Below, piece after piece: positions 40,093-52,749 of a DNA stretch of 60,000 nucleotides. Each line of letters begins with the position of its first letter. Position 1 is the stretch's first letter. The notes under the pieces are model-generated. The model worked only from the letters and a program-made list of their open reading frames with translations. It had not been told where the DNA came from and did no database searches. The DNA comes from Malacoraja senta. Taxonomy: Eukaryota. The translations under genes and the position numbers were made by a program. Where the stretch lies: assembly GCA_038087875.1 (NCBI GenBank), contig CM075994.1, forward strand, positions 8,868,001 to 8,928,000, given 5' to 3'.

Positions 40093-41940
40093 ACATAGAA
40101 ACATAGACAATAGGTGCAGGAGTAGGCCATTCGGCCCTTCGAGCCAGCACCGCCATTCAATATGATCATGGCTGATCATCCCCAATCAGTACCCCGTTCC
40201 TGCCTTCTCCCCATATCCCCTGCCTCCGCTATCTTTAAGAACCCGATCTAGTTCTCCCTTGAAAGTATCCAGAGAATCGGCCTCCACCGCCCTCTGAGGC
40301 AAAGAATTCCACAGACTCACAACTCTCTGTGAGAAAAATTGTTTCCTCGTCTCCGTTCTAAATGGCCTACCCCTTATTCTTAAACTGTGACCCCTGGTTC
40401 TGGACTCCCCCAACATCGGGAACATGTTTCCTGCCTCTAGCGTGTCCAAACCCTTAATAATCTTATATGTGTGTGTGTGTGTATATATATCTGTGTGCGC
40501 ATGTGAATATATGAGGCAGGAAACATGTTCCCGATGTTGGGGGAGTCCAGAACCAGGGGCCACACTGTTTAAGAATAAGGGGTAAGCCATTTAGAATGGA
40601 GATGAGGAAACACTATTTCACACGGAGAGTTGTGAGTCTGTGGAATTCTCTGCCTCAGAGGGCGGTGGAGGCCGGTTCTCTGGATACTTTCAAGAGAGAG
40701 CTGGATAGAGCTCTTAAAGATAGCGTAGTGAGGGGTTATGGGGAGAAGGCAGGAACAGGGTACTGATTGGGGATGATCAGCCATGATCACATTGAATAAT
40801 AATAATAATAATAATGGATGGGATTTATATAGCGCCTTTCTAATACTCAAGGCGCTTTACATCGCATTATTCATTCACTCCTCAGTCACACTCGGTGGTG
40901 GTGAGCTACATTTGTAGCCACAGCTGCCCTGGGGCAGACTGACGGAAGCGTGGCTGCTAATCTGCGCCTACGGCCCCTCCGACCACCACCAATCACTCAC
41001 ACACATTCACACACATTCACACACATTCACACGCAGGCAAAGGTGGGTGAAGTGTCTTGCCCAAGGACACAACGACAGTATGCACTCCAAGCGGGGTTCG
41101 AACCGGCTACCTTCCGGTTGCCAGCCGAACACTTAGCCCATTGCGCCATCTGTCGTCCTGAATGGCGGTGCTGGCTCGAAGGGCTGAATGGTCTATTCCT
41201 GCACCTCTTGTCTATTATCTATTGTTCCTGCTTTCTCCCCATATCCCTTGATTCCCTTAGAGCTAAATCTAACTCTCTTGAAAACATCCAGTGAATTGAC
41301 TTCCACTGCCTTCTGTGGCAGAGAATTCCACAGATTCACAACTCTCTGGCTGAAAAAGGTTTTTCCTCATCTCAATAGACAATAGACAATAGGTGCAGGA
41401 GTCGGCCATTCGGCCCTTCGAGCCAGCACCGCCATTCAATGTGATCACGGCTGATCATCCCCAATCAGTACCCCGTTCCTGCCTTCTCCCCATATCCCCT
41501 GACTCCACTATCTTTAAGAACCCTATCTAGTTCTCCCTTGAAAGTATCCAGAGAACCGGCCTCCACCGCCCGCTGAGGCAAAGAATTCCACAGACTCACA
41601 ACTCTCTGTGAGAAAAATTGTTTCCTCGTCTCCGTTCTAAATGGCTTACCCCTTATTCTTAAACTGTGACCCCTGGTTCTGGACTCCCGCAACATCGGGA
41701 ACATGTTTCCTGCATCCAGCCCGTCCAATCCCTTGAGAATTTTACATGTTTCTATGAGATGCCCTCTCATCCTTCTAAATTCCAGTGAATATAAGATGCC
41801 CTCTCATCCTTCTAAATTCCAGTGAATACAAGATCCACTCTCATCCTTCTAAATTCCAGTGAATACAAGATCCCCTCTCATACTTCTAAATTTCAGTGAA
41901 TATAAGATCCCCTCTCATACTTCTAAACTCCAGTGAATGA
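40093..41940. mobile_element. CR1 3'-end cluster in both orientations, ending in a roughly 37-bp tandem repeat (41757-41940)
   Basis: Minus copies at 40093-40468 and 41375-41940; plus copy at 40513-41220. Confidence 0.85.
40796..41158 (-). mobile_element. tRNA-derived CORE-type SINE with L2-like tail
   Basis: Minus strand: TGGCGCAATGG (A box), GGTTCGAACCC (B box), GTGTCCTTGGGCAAGACACTT (CORE-like) and AAAGCGCCTTGAG...GCGCTATATAAAT(ATT)n. Inserted within a CR1 3'UTR. Confidence 0.8.
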
Positions 41941-42003
41941 AAGCCCTGTCGACCCATTCTTTCACCCAGTCGACACAAGACAGACCACAAAGGATCTTCC
42001 TAC

Positions 42004-42016
42004 CTTGACGATCCAT
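42004..42016 (-). CDS. AIF1: Allograft inflammatory factor 1, coding exon 1 (M-D-R-Q-G, phase 1)
   Basis: Minus strand reads ATG GAT CGT CAA G|gtagga with a good donor. It joins in frame to exon 2 to give MDRQGGKAFG, matching the conserved QGGKAFG N-terminus of AIF1. It lies in a unique-sequence island with myeloid-type promoter motifs. Confidence 0.8.
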
Positions 42017-42043
42017 CAGCAGGCTGTGCTGCACTCTGCTCAC

Positions 42044-42142
<99 letters not shown>

Positions 42143-42360
42143 CTCTCTCTCTCTGTCTCTCTCTCTCTCTCTCTCTTCCTCCAAAATATGATCTCAAATG
42201 ATACTCAGGAAACACTGAATCGTTTTAACTTCCTGCCGCTGATGTCATTGGCTTGCTGCTTACACTTCACTTTTCTCATGGCTTTTCGAAGGGTAAATGT
42301 TCCTTTTTCTCTCTCCCCCCCCCCCTCCAAGGCCATTTGTTAAAAAGAAAACAAGCTTCT
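42017..42360 (-). promoter_or_regulatory. AIF1: AIF1 5'UTR and proximal promoter with ETS/PU.1, IRF-like and CCAAT motifs
   Basis: Minus strand: GAAAAGTGAAGT (42264-42275), CCAAT (42247-42251), CAGGAAGT (42228-42235), GAGGAA (42176-42181), GGGAAAAGTGAG (42039-42050). A (GA)n tract is interposed. TSS not determinable. Confidence 0.6.
42050..42175. repeat. (CT)n/(GA)n microsatellite immediately 5' of the AIF1 start codon
   Basis: Direct reading. Confidence 0.97.
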
Positions 42361-42524
42361 GTGTGCGACGTTCGGTTTAATTTAGAGACACAGCGCGGAA
42401 ACAGGCCCTTCGGCCCTCCGGGTCCATGCTGACCAGCGATAGACAATGGACAATAGGTGCAGGAGGAGGCCACTAGGACTCCACTATTTTTAAGAGCCCT
42501 ATCTAGCTCTCTCTTGAAAGCATC

Positions 42525-43110
42525 CAGGGCTTGTACACTCTGGAGTTTAGAAGGATGAGAGGGTATCTCATTGAAACATATAAGATTGTTAAGGGCTTGG
42601 ACACGCTAGAGGCAGGAAACATGTTCCCCATGTTGGGGGAGTCTAGAACCAGGGGCCACACAGTTTAAGAATAAGGGGTAAGCCATTTAGAACGGAGATG
42701 AGGAAACATTTTTTCTCACAGAGAGTTGTGAGTCTGTGGAATTCTCTGCATCAGAGGGCGGTGGAGGCAGGTTCTCTGGATACTTTCAAGAGAGAGCTTG
42801 ATAGGGCTCTTAAAGATGGCGGAGTCAGGGGATATGGGGAGAAGGCAGGAACGGGGTACTGATTGGGGATGATCAGCCATGATCACATTGAATGGCGGTG
42901 CTGGCTCGAAGGGCCGAATGGCCTACTCCTGCACCTATTGTCTATTGTCTATTGTCTATAATTAACCAACAAACCTGTACATCTTTGGAGTGTGGGAGGA
43001 AACTGCAGGTCTCGGAGAAAACCCCACGCAGGTCACGGGGAGAACGTGCAAACTCCTTGCAGACGGCACCCGAAGTCGGGATCGAACCCGGGTCTCCGGC
43101 GCTGTGAGGC
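42525..43110. mobile_element. CR1 3' end (+; 42525-42960) and HE1 SINE 5' half (-; 42960-43110)
   Basis: Family similarity. Confidence 0.85.
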
Positions 43111-43718
43111 ATCAACCCTCTCGCTTGTTTCGGTTTAGTTTACCGAGGTACAGTGAACAGCTTTTGTTGTGCGCTAACCAGTCAGCGGAAAGACCTGACG
43201 TGACTGCAGTCCGTGCCGATGGTTGGTCACGCAAAAAGCTGGAGGAACTCAGCGGGTCAGGCAGCATCTCGGGAGGAAAGGAACAGGTGACTTTTTCAGA
43301 TCGGGACACTTTTCTCAGACGTTCCAACCAGAAAGGTCACCTATTTATTGTCTCCAGAGATGCTGCCTGACCTCCTGTGACTGCGTGGGTTTACTCCGGG
43401 TGCTCCGGTTGCCACCCGCACTCCAAAGACGTGCAGGTTTGTCGGTCAATTGGCTTCCGTGAAAAAATGGAAAATTGTCCCTAGTGTGTGTTGGACAGTG
43501 TTACAGCCCCCTACTGTACTCCCTGTACACACATGACTGTGTGGCCAGGTTCAGCTCCAACGCCATAATCAAGTTTGCTGATGACACTGTGGTGGTGGGC
43601 CCGATCTCCGATAACGATGAGAAGGCCTACTGGCTTGTACTCGCTAGAATTTAGAAGTCTGCTTGTATTCGCTAGAAGCTTGAGGGGGGATCTTATAGAA
43701 ACTTACAAGATTCTTAAG

Positions 43719-44445
43719 CAAAGACCGCTCCCTCCGTAACTCCCTTGTCAATTCTTCCCTTCCTTCCCATACCACCCCCTCCCCTGGTACTTTCCCTTGC
43801 AACCGCAAGAGATGCAACACTTGTCCCTTCACCTCCCCCCTCTACTCCATTCAAGGACCCAAGCAGTCGTTCCAGGTGCGACAGAGGTTCACCTGCATCT
43901 CCTCCAACCTCATCTATTGCATTCGCTGCTCTAGATGCCAGCTGATCTATATCGGTGAGACCAAGCGGAGGCTTGGCGATCGTTTCACCGAACACCTCCG
44001 GTCGGTCCGCAATAACCAACCTGAACTCCCGGTGGCTCAGCACTTCAACTCCCGCTCCCATTCCGTATCTGACCTCTCTGTCCTGGGTCTCCTCCATGGC
44101 CACAGCGAGCAACACCGTAACTTGGAGGAAATGCACCTCATATTCCACTTGGGCAGTCTACATCCTGGGGGCTTGAACATTGAATTCTCCCAATTCTGCT
44201 AGCCCTTGCTGTCCCCTCCCCTTCATCAGCCATCTGGTTGTCTCCTCCCCTCCCCCAGCCCTCGGGCTCCTCCTCCGCCTTTTTCCTTTTTTCCTTTCTT
44301 CTCCCCACCCCCTATCAGTCTGAAGAAGGGTTTCGGCCCGAAACGTTACCTATTTCCTTCGCTCCATAGATGCTGCTGCACCCGCTGAGTTTCTCCAGCA
44401 TTTTTGTGTACCTTTGATTTTCCAGCATCTGCAGTTCCTTCTTTA
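43719..44445 (+). mobile_element. Penelope-like 3' fragment (GIY-YIG + terminal repeat) inserted in a CR1 with a 14-bp TSD
   Basis: LIYCIRCSRCQLIYIGETKRRLGDRF; ACAAGATTCTTAAG at 43705-43718 and 44446-44459. Confidence 0.93.
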
Positions 44446-44814
44446 ACAAGATTCTTAAGGGGTTGGACAGGCTAGATGCAGGAAGATTGTTCCCGATGTT
44501 GGGGAAGTCCAGAACAAGGGGTCACAGTTTAAGGATAAGGGGGAAGTCTTTTAGGACCGAGATGAGAAAATCATTTTTCACACAGAGAGTGGTGAATCTG
44601 TGAATTCTCTGCCACAGAAGGTAGTTGAGGCCAGTTCATTGTCTATATTTAAGAGGGAGTTAGATGTGGCCCTTGTGGCTAAAGGGATCAGGGGGTATGG
44701 AGAGAAGGCAGGTACAGGATACTGAGTTGGATGATCAGCCATGATCATATTGAATGGCGGTGCGGGCTCGAAGGGCCGAATGGCCTACTCCTGCACCTAT
44801 TTTCTATGTTTCTA

Positions 44815-45612
44815 TGGGAGGAGGTGGCTGATCTGGCACTCTGGTGTCAGGACAACAGCCTCCTCTTGAATGTCACTAAAACTAAGGAGCTGATTGTGGA
44901 CTTTAGGAGGGCACAACATCCGAGGACGTACACGCCACTGGAGATAAATGGGGCTACTGTGGATAGGGTGAGCTGCTTTAAACACCTGGGAGTCCATATC
45001 ACAGAGGATCTGACATGGACCACACACGCTGCCGCACTGGTGAGTAAGGCAAGGCAGCGCCTTTACCACCTCAGGCAGCTGAGGAAATTCAGTCTCTCTG
45101 AGGATCCTTCAGTCCTTCTACTCTGGGGCTGTAGAAAGCATCTTGTCCGGCAACATCACGATCTGGTTTGGGAACAGCTCTGCCCAGGACAGGAAGGCTC
45201 TGCAGAGAGTAATGTGTTCGGCCGAACGCACCATGGGAACTACACTCGCCCCCCTGCAGGACCTATACACCAGGAGGTGCAGATCCAGAGCCAGCAACAT
45301 TATGGGGGACCCCTACCACCCCAGCAACGGACTGTTCCAGCTGCTACGGTCAGGCAAACGCCTCCGCTGTCACGCTGTGTAAACAGAGAGGATGAGACGG
45401 AGTTTCTTCCCACAGGCATTCAGGACTGTAAACTCTGATCTCACCAGGGACTAACTTACTGTTGTCTTGTGTCTTTTTTAAATTGTTGTTTTTCTAAAAT
45501 GTAAATACTGGTTCTGTTCTGTTATTCTGTCGTTTTTTGCACAATCCGCAGGCATTGCCACTTTCATTTCACTGCACATCTTGTATGTGACAAATAAAGT
45601 TGGCTTGACTTG
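44815..45612 (+). mobile_element. Rex1/Babar 3' fragment (continues from 43505-43632)
   Basis: KFADDT at about 43570; LNVTKTKELIVDFRR, RQRLYHLRQLRKF and LRSGKRLR. Confidence 0.88.
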
Positions 45613-45654
45613 AAGGGCCTGTTTCCGCGCTCTAAACTGTAAAAAAAAAGGCGC

Positions 45655-46430
45655 AAAGAGGTCCTACTGCAGTTATACCGGGCCCTGGTGAGACCGCACC
45701 TGGAGTATTGTGTGCAGTTTTAGTCTCCTAATTTAAGGAAGGACATTCTTGCTATTGAGGGAGTGCAGCGTAGGTTCATCAGGTTAATTCCCGGGATGGC
45801 GGGACTGTCATATGATGAAAGAATGGGTCGGAAGGGCTTGTATTCAATGGAATTTAGAAGGATGAGAAGGCATCTTATAGAAACATATAAAATTCTTAAA
45901 GAATTGGACAGGCTAGACGCAGGAAACATGTTCCCGATGTTGGGGGAGTCCAGAACCAAGGGTCACCCAATTTAAGAATAAGGGGTAATCTTATTGAAAC
46001 ATATAAGATTATTAAGGGTTTGGACACACTAGAGGCAGGAAACATGTTCCCGATGTTGGGGGAGTCCAGAACCAATGGTCACCCAATTTAAGAATAAGGG
46101 GTAATCTTATTGAAACATATAAGATTATTAAGGGTTTGGACACACTAGAGGCAGGAAACATGTTCCCGATGTTGGGGGAGTCCAGAACCAATGGTCACCC
46201 AATTTAAGAATAAGGGGTAATCTTATTGAAACATATAAGATTATTAAGGGATTGGACACACTAGAGGCAGGAAACATGTTCCCGATGTTGGGGGAGTCCA
46301 GAACCAGGGGCCACACAGTTTGAGAATAAGGGGGTGGGAGGCCATTTAGGACTGAGATGAGGAAAAACATTTTCACCCATAGAGTTGTGAATCTGTGGAA
46401 TTCTCTGCCACAGAAGGCAGTGGAGGCCAA
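45655..46430 (+). mobile_element. CR1 3' fragment with about four tandem copies of a 116-bp internal unit
   Basis: TCTTATTGAAACATATAAGATT...AAGAATAAGGGGTAA repeated from 45872 to about 46330. Confidence 0.88.
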
Positions 46431-46654
46431 TTCTCCGGGTGCTCCGGTTTCCACCCACACTCCAAAGACGTACAATTTTGTAGGTCAATTGGCTTCTGTA
46501 AATTTGTAATTTGACCCTAGTGTGTTGGGCAGTGTTAGTGTATGGGTTATTCGCTGGTCAGCACGGACTTGGTTGGCCAAAGGGCCTGTTTGCGTGTTGT
46601 GTCTCTGAAGTCTAAAGTCTAAAATGCTGGAAATATCCGCGTGAAAATGCTAAA

Positions 46655-47086
46655 GGGCCTGTCCCACTTTCACGACTTAATTCAAAACCTCTGCCGAGTT
46701 TAAAGGACCTAAACAAAAAATCAAGATCGTGGTAATCTACGAACTCCTACGACCTTCCCACGACTGTGTTCACGAACTCCTACGAACACCTCCGAGTATG
46801 TCTACCAATTCCCACGACTATTTCGATGCCCTCCTTCCGAGTAAAAAGTTGCAATTTCCTTCATCCCAACCATTTTTTTACTCGTGGACATTTTTTATCA
46901 TGCTGGAAATATCGTCCCGACTTACCTGATGCCCCGAGTACCTACGGCTGGCAGAACGAGCCGCTACGATACATCTACGAACTAGCTACGGCCTCCTACG
47001 GACTTGTTACGAACATTCTGCGAGTTTGAATCAAGGGGAAAACTAAGGAGAATTTGTGAATTACCTCGTGAAAGTGAGACAGGCCC
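46655..47086. mobile_element. MITE with GGGCCTGTCCCACTTTCACG TIRs
   Basis: Ends CGTGAAAGTGAGACAGGCCC|TTAA; internal CTACGA repeats. Confidence 0.88.
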
Positions 47087-47189
47087 TTAAGGATGTGTTC
47101 CTACTCTTCCAGTCAACATTATTATGACCCTTGCGCTTTTTTATACCTGCACTTTCTCAGCACAACATTACACCTTCATCTTTCCTTTT

Positions 47190-48330
47190 TTTGAATTGAA
47201 TTGAATTGAATTGAATACATTTTATTAGCCAAGTATGTATACATACAAGGAATTTGCCTTGGTGCTTTGCTCGCAAGTAGCAACACGATATACAGTGGAC
47301 AAATAAAAATAAAACATTATAATTTAAACATGTGAAGAATGAAATAAAATACCAGAACGAAAGGAGGCTACAGATTTTTGGCTGTTTAGTAGAGCTACTA
47401 CTCGTGGGAAAAAAGCTGTTTTTATGTCTGGCTGTGGCAGCTTTGACAGTCTGGAGTCGCCTTCCAGAAGGAAGTGATTCAAAGAGTTTGTGGCCAGGGT
47501 GAGAGGGGTCAGAGATGATCTTACCCGCTCGCTTCCTGGCCCTTGCAGTGTACAGTTCATCAATGGGGGGAAGGTTGCAGCCAATAACCTTCTCAGCTGA
47601 TCGAACGATTCGCTGCAGCCTCCAGGTGTCGTGCTTGGTGGCTGAGCCAAACCAGACCATGATGGAGAAGGTGAGGACAGACTCTACGATGGCCGTGTAG
47701 AATTGGACCATCATTGCCTGTGGCAGATTGTGCTTCCTCAGCTGCCGCAGAAAGTACATCCTCTGTTGGGCCTGTTTGACTGTGGACATTCGACAATAGA
47801 CAATAGGTGCAGGAGTAGGCCATTCGGCCCTTTGAGCCAGCACTGCCATTCAATGTGATCATGGCTGAGCATCCCCAATCAGTACCCCGTTCCTGCCTTC
47901 TCCCCATCTCCCCTGACTCCGCTATCTTTAAGAGCTCTATCTAATGGAGTCGATGGTGGCCTCCCCTTCAGGTCCTTGGAGATGATGGTTCCCTGGAACT
48001 TAAAAGACTCCACAGATGTGACTATGGTGTTGTTGACGGTGAGTGGGGTGAGGGGAGGGGAAGCTCTCCTAAAGTCTACAATCAATTCCACCGTCTTAAG
48101 AGCATTGAGCTCCAGGTTGTTGCGATGGCACCAGGATGCCAGCTGTGACACTTCCTGTCTGTAGGCAGATTCCTCCCCATCCTGGATCAGTTCAATCAGG
48201 GTTGTGTCGTCCGCAAACTTGAGAAGCTTGACAGAGGAGTCTGTGGAGGTGCAGTCATTGGTGTAGAGAGAGTAGAGAAGAAGGGAGGGTACGCAGCCAT
48301 GGGATGCTCCTCTGCTGAGGGTTAGTGGGT
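47190..48330 (-). mobile_element. Rex1/Babar RT 3' fragment interrupted by a CR1 tail (47790-47945)
   Basis: LYSLYTNDC, LLKFADDTTLI, QQRMYFLRQLRK and PSGRRL. Confidence 0.9.
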
Positions 48331-48627
48331 CCAAGATTGCACCTCATGTATGGTGTGGCACATTTAGACGTTAACTTTAGATTTAGAAGGAGGCCGACAC
48401 ACTCAGAGGGGGAAAGAATAGTACGTGACACACTGGCCCACCCATTCCCAGAGGGGGAAGAAATAGTATGTAACACAATGGACAATAGGTGCAGGAGTAG
48501 GCCATTCGGCCCTTCGAGCCAGCACCGCCATTCAATGTGATCATGGCTGATCATCCCCAATCAGTACCCCGTTCCTGCCTTCTCCCCATATCCCCTGACT
48601 ACGCTATCTGTAAGAGCTCTGTCTTAA

Positions 48628-48922
48628 TGCCCCTGTCGCACGTTGCAAGTTTACCCAAGAGCTCTCCCGAGTTTAAAAGAAAATCGAACTCGTGGTACCT
48701 CATCCCGAGTATTTTTTTACTCTTGGACATTTTTCACACTGTTGAAAAAACTTCACGAGTTTCCGCGTTTCCCGAGTACCTGCCGTTGGCGTTACGAGCC
48801 GATACGATCATCCACGAGCTCCGACATACCCGCTACGTACATTCTACGTACTTACCACGAGTTTGATTTTTTTTTAAACTCGGGAGAGCTGTTGGGTGAA
48901 GTCACATCATGGGACAGGGGCT
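48628..48922. mobile_element. MITE related to the GCCTGTCCCA family, inserted at TAA in a CR1 fragment (48475-49415, -)
   Basis: GCCCCTGTCGCA ... TGGGACAGGGGC termini. Confidence 0.75.
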
Positions 48923-49889
48923 TTAACTCTCTTTTGAAAGTATCCAGAGAATCGTCCTCCACTGCCTTCTGAGGTAGAGAATTCCATAGACTCTTAACTC
49001 TCTGTGTGAAAAAGTGTTTCCTCGCCTCCGTTCTAAATGGCTTACCCCTTATTCTTAAACTGTGGCCCCTGGTTCTGGACTCCCCCAACATCGGGAACAT
49101 GTTTCCTGCCTCTAGTGTGTCCGAAACCTTAATAATAACCTATTTCTTCACTCCGTGGATGCTACCTCCACTGCTGAGTTTCTCCAGCATTTTAGTCAAC
49201 CTTAACAATCTTATATATTTCAATGAGATTCCCTCTCATCCTAAATTTTTGTCAACCTCTCATCCTTCTAAATTCCAATGTATACAAGCCCAGCCGCTCC
49301 ATTCTCTTAGCATATGACAGTCCCGCCATCCCGGGGATTAACCTGGTGAACCTACGCTGCACTCCCTCAATAGCAAGGATGTCCTTCCTCAGATTTGGAG
49401 AGCAAAACTGCACACTCAGCACTTTAACTCCCCAGTCCTAGAGGGGGAAAGGATAGTATGTGACACGCTGGCCCCTACCCAACACAGACCCGGAGGGGGA
49501 GAGGACAGCGGTGACACGATGACTCACCCAGTCAAAGAGATTGTGTGCCTGTTTCTCCACACGAATGACGAGTCAGCGCTTTTATAAATATGTTTGCTTG
49601 TATCCTGCCGTCCTCAGACTTTGCTACACTCAGTGACTTCATCCCGTCAGCTGGGAAATATGTGCAGCTCATCGCAAAAAATGAAACATTTGTAGGCAAC
49701 TCGTCCTTTCCCACCCAAACCACCCCCTCCCCAGGTACCTTCCCCTGCAACCGCAGGAGATGCAACACCTGTCGCTTTACCTCCCCCTTCGACTCCATCC
49801 AAGGACCCCGACAGTCTTTCCAGGTGAGGCAGAGGTTCACCTGCACCTCCTCCAACCTCATCTACTGTATCCGCTGTTCCAGGTGTTGA

Positions 49890-51250
49890 CTCGCCATATC
49901 CCCTGACTCCGCTATCTTTAAGAGCCCTATCTAGTTCTCTCTTGAAAGTATCCAGAGAACGGGCCTCCACCGCCCTCTGAGGCAGAGAATTCCACAGACT
50001 CACCACTCTCTGTGAGAAAAAGTGTTTCCTCGTATCTGTTCTAAATGGCTTGCCCCTTATTCTTAAACTGTGTGGCTCCAGGTTCTGGACGCCTCCAAGA
50101 CATGTTTCCCGCCTCTAGCGTGTCCAAAATCTTAATAATCTTATAGGTTTCAATAGGATACCCTCTCATCCTTCTAAACTCCAGAGTATACAAGCCCAGC
50201 CGCTCCATTCTCTCAGCATATGACAGTCCCGCCATCCCAGGAATTAACCTTGTAAACCTACGCTGCACTCCCTCAATAGCAAGAATGTCCTTCCTCAAAT
50301 TAGGGGACCAAAACTGCACCCAATACCACAGGTGTGGTCTCACTAGGGCCCTGTACAACTGCAGAAGGACCCAGTCGGGACCCTGACTCTGAAGAAGGGC
50401 CTCGACCCTGAAACGTCACCTATTTTTCTCTCTCCAGAGACGTTGCCTGACCCGCTGAGTTACCCCAGCATTTGGTGTCTATCTGAAGTAGAAAATCACC
50501 TCCTGTTCCTGGTGAAGATGCTTCTGTCATAGTCATAGTGATATCGTGTGGAAACAGGCCCTTCGGACCAACTCGCCCACACCGGCCAACATTGTCCCAG
50601 CTACCCTACACTTGCCTGCTCTTGGTCCTTAACCCTCAAAACCTGTCCTATCCGTGTACCTGTCTCACTGTTTCTTAAACGTTGGGATAGTCCTGGAGTA
50701 TTGTGTGCAGTTTTGCTCCCCTAATTTGAGGAAGGACATTCTTGCTATTGAGGGAGTGCAGCGTAGGTTCACCAGGTTAATTCCCTGGATGGCGGGACTG
50801 TCATATGCTGAGAGAATGGAGCGGCTGGGCTTGTATACTCTGGAGTTTAGAAGGATGAGAGGGTATCTTATTGAAACATATAAGATTGTTTAGGGTTTGG
50901 ACACGTTAGAGGCAGGAAACATGTTCCCGATGTTGGGGGAGTCCAGAACCAGGGGCCACACAGTTTAAGATTAAGGAGTAAGCCATTTAGAACGGAAACA
51001 TTTTTTCTCACAGAGAGTGGTGAGTCTGTGGAATTCTCTGCCTCAGAGGGCGGTGGGAGGCGGGTTCACTGGATACTTTCAAGAGAGAGTTAGATAGGGC
51101 TCATAAAGATAGCGGAGTCAGGGGGATATGGGGAGAAGGCAGGAACGGGGCACTGATTGGGGATGATCAGCCACGATCACAGTGAATGGTGGTGCTGGCT
51201 CGAAGGGCCGAATGGCCTACTCCTGCACCTATTGTCTATTGTCTATTGTC
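49890..51250. mobile_element. Divergently oriented CR1 3' fragments (49890-50370 -, 50692-51250 +)
   Basis: VQF(W/C)SPNLRKDILAIEGVQRRFTRLIP on both strands. Confidence 0.88.
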
Positions 51251-51889
51251 CCAGACTCAACTACCTCCTCTGTCATCTTGTTCCATACACCCACCACCCT
51301 CCGTGTGAGAAAGTTACCCCTTGGATTCCTACGTTTAAGAAAGAACTGCAGATGCTGGAAAAATCGAAGGTGGACAAAAATGCGGGAGAAACTCAGCGGG
51401 TGAGGCAGCATCTGTGGAGCGAAGGAAATAGGTGACGTCTCGGGTCGAGAACCTTCTTCAGACTGAGAGGCAGGGGGGGAGGGAGACTAGAGATATGGAA
51501 GGGTAAGGTGTGAAAGGGTATGTTACGCAAAGTCTGAAAAAGGGTCTCGACCTGAAACGTCACCTATTCCTTCGCTCCATAGATGCTGCCTCACCCGCTG
51601 AGTTTCTCCAGATTTTTTGTCTACCTCGTATTCCTATTAAATCTTTTCCCCCTTCACCTTGAACCGATGTCCTCTGGTCCTCGATTCTCCTACTCTTGGC
51701 AAGAGACTCTGTGCATCTACCCGATCTATTCCTCTTATGATTTTGTACACCTCTATAAGATCTCCCCTCATCCTCCCGCGCTCCATGGAGCTGAGACCCA
51801 GCCTACTCAACCTGCAGTGCCGCTCGCAGCCAGAGGAGGGTAGGAGCGAGCTATCTAAAGATGAGGAGGGGACCAAACAACCAAGAGGT

Positions 51890-52680
51890 GGACAAAAGTG
51901 CTGGAGAAACTCAGCGGGTGAGGCAGCATCTATGGTGCAAGGAAATAGGCGACGTTTTGGGTCGAGACCGTTCTTCAGACTGATGTGGGGGTGGGGGTGG
52001 AGGCGGGAAGAAGAAAGGAAGAGGCGGAGACAGTGGGCTGTGGGAGAGCTGGGAAGGGGAGGGGAAGGAAGGAGAAAGCAGGGACTACCTTGGAGAAGTC
52101 AATGTTCGTACCGCTGGGGTGTAAACTACCCAAGCAAAATATGAGGTGCTGCTCCTCCAATTTGTGGTGGGACTCACTCTGGACACGGAGGAGGCCCAGG
52201 ACAGAAAGGTTGGATTGGGAACGGGAGGGGGAGTTGAAGTGCTGAGCCACCAGGAGATCAGATTGGTTATTGCGAACCGAGCGGAGGTGTTGGGCGAAGC
52301 GATCGCCAAGCCTGCGCTTGATCTCACCGATGTAGGGCAGCTGATACCTGGAGCAGCGGATGCAATAGATGAGGTTGGAGGGGGTGCAGGTGAACCTCTG
52401 CCTCACCTGGAAAGACTGCTTGGCTCCGTGGATGGAGTCGATGGGGGAGGTAAAGCGACAAATTGTAGCATTTCCTGCGGTTGCAGGGGAAAGTGCCCGG
52501 GGAGGGGATGGTTTGGGTGGGAAGGGACAAATTGACCAGGGAGTTACGGTCTCTGCGGAAAGCAGTCAGAGGAGGAGATGGGACGATGTGGCATCACGTT
52601 GGAGGTGGCGAATATGTCGGAGGATTATCTGTTGTAAACAACCAGGAGGGGTGTAGATAGGGGAGACAGGCACAGTATTT
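51890..52680 (-). mobile_element. Penelope-like 3' fragment (GIY-YIG)
   Basis: FTCTPSNLIYCIRCSRYQLPYIGEIKRRLGDRFAQH. Confidence 0.9.
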
Positions 52681-52749
52681 TTCAGTGGTAGGAGCGGTTA
52701 AACAGGAGGGCACAGGTTTAAGGTGGGAAGAGATAGATTTACTAGTCTG

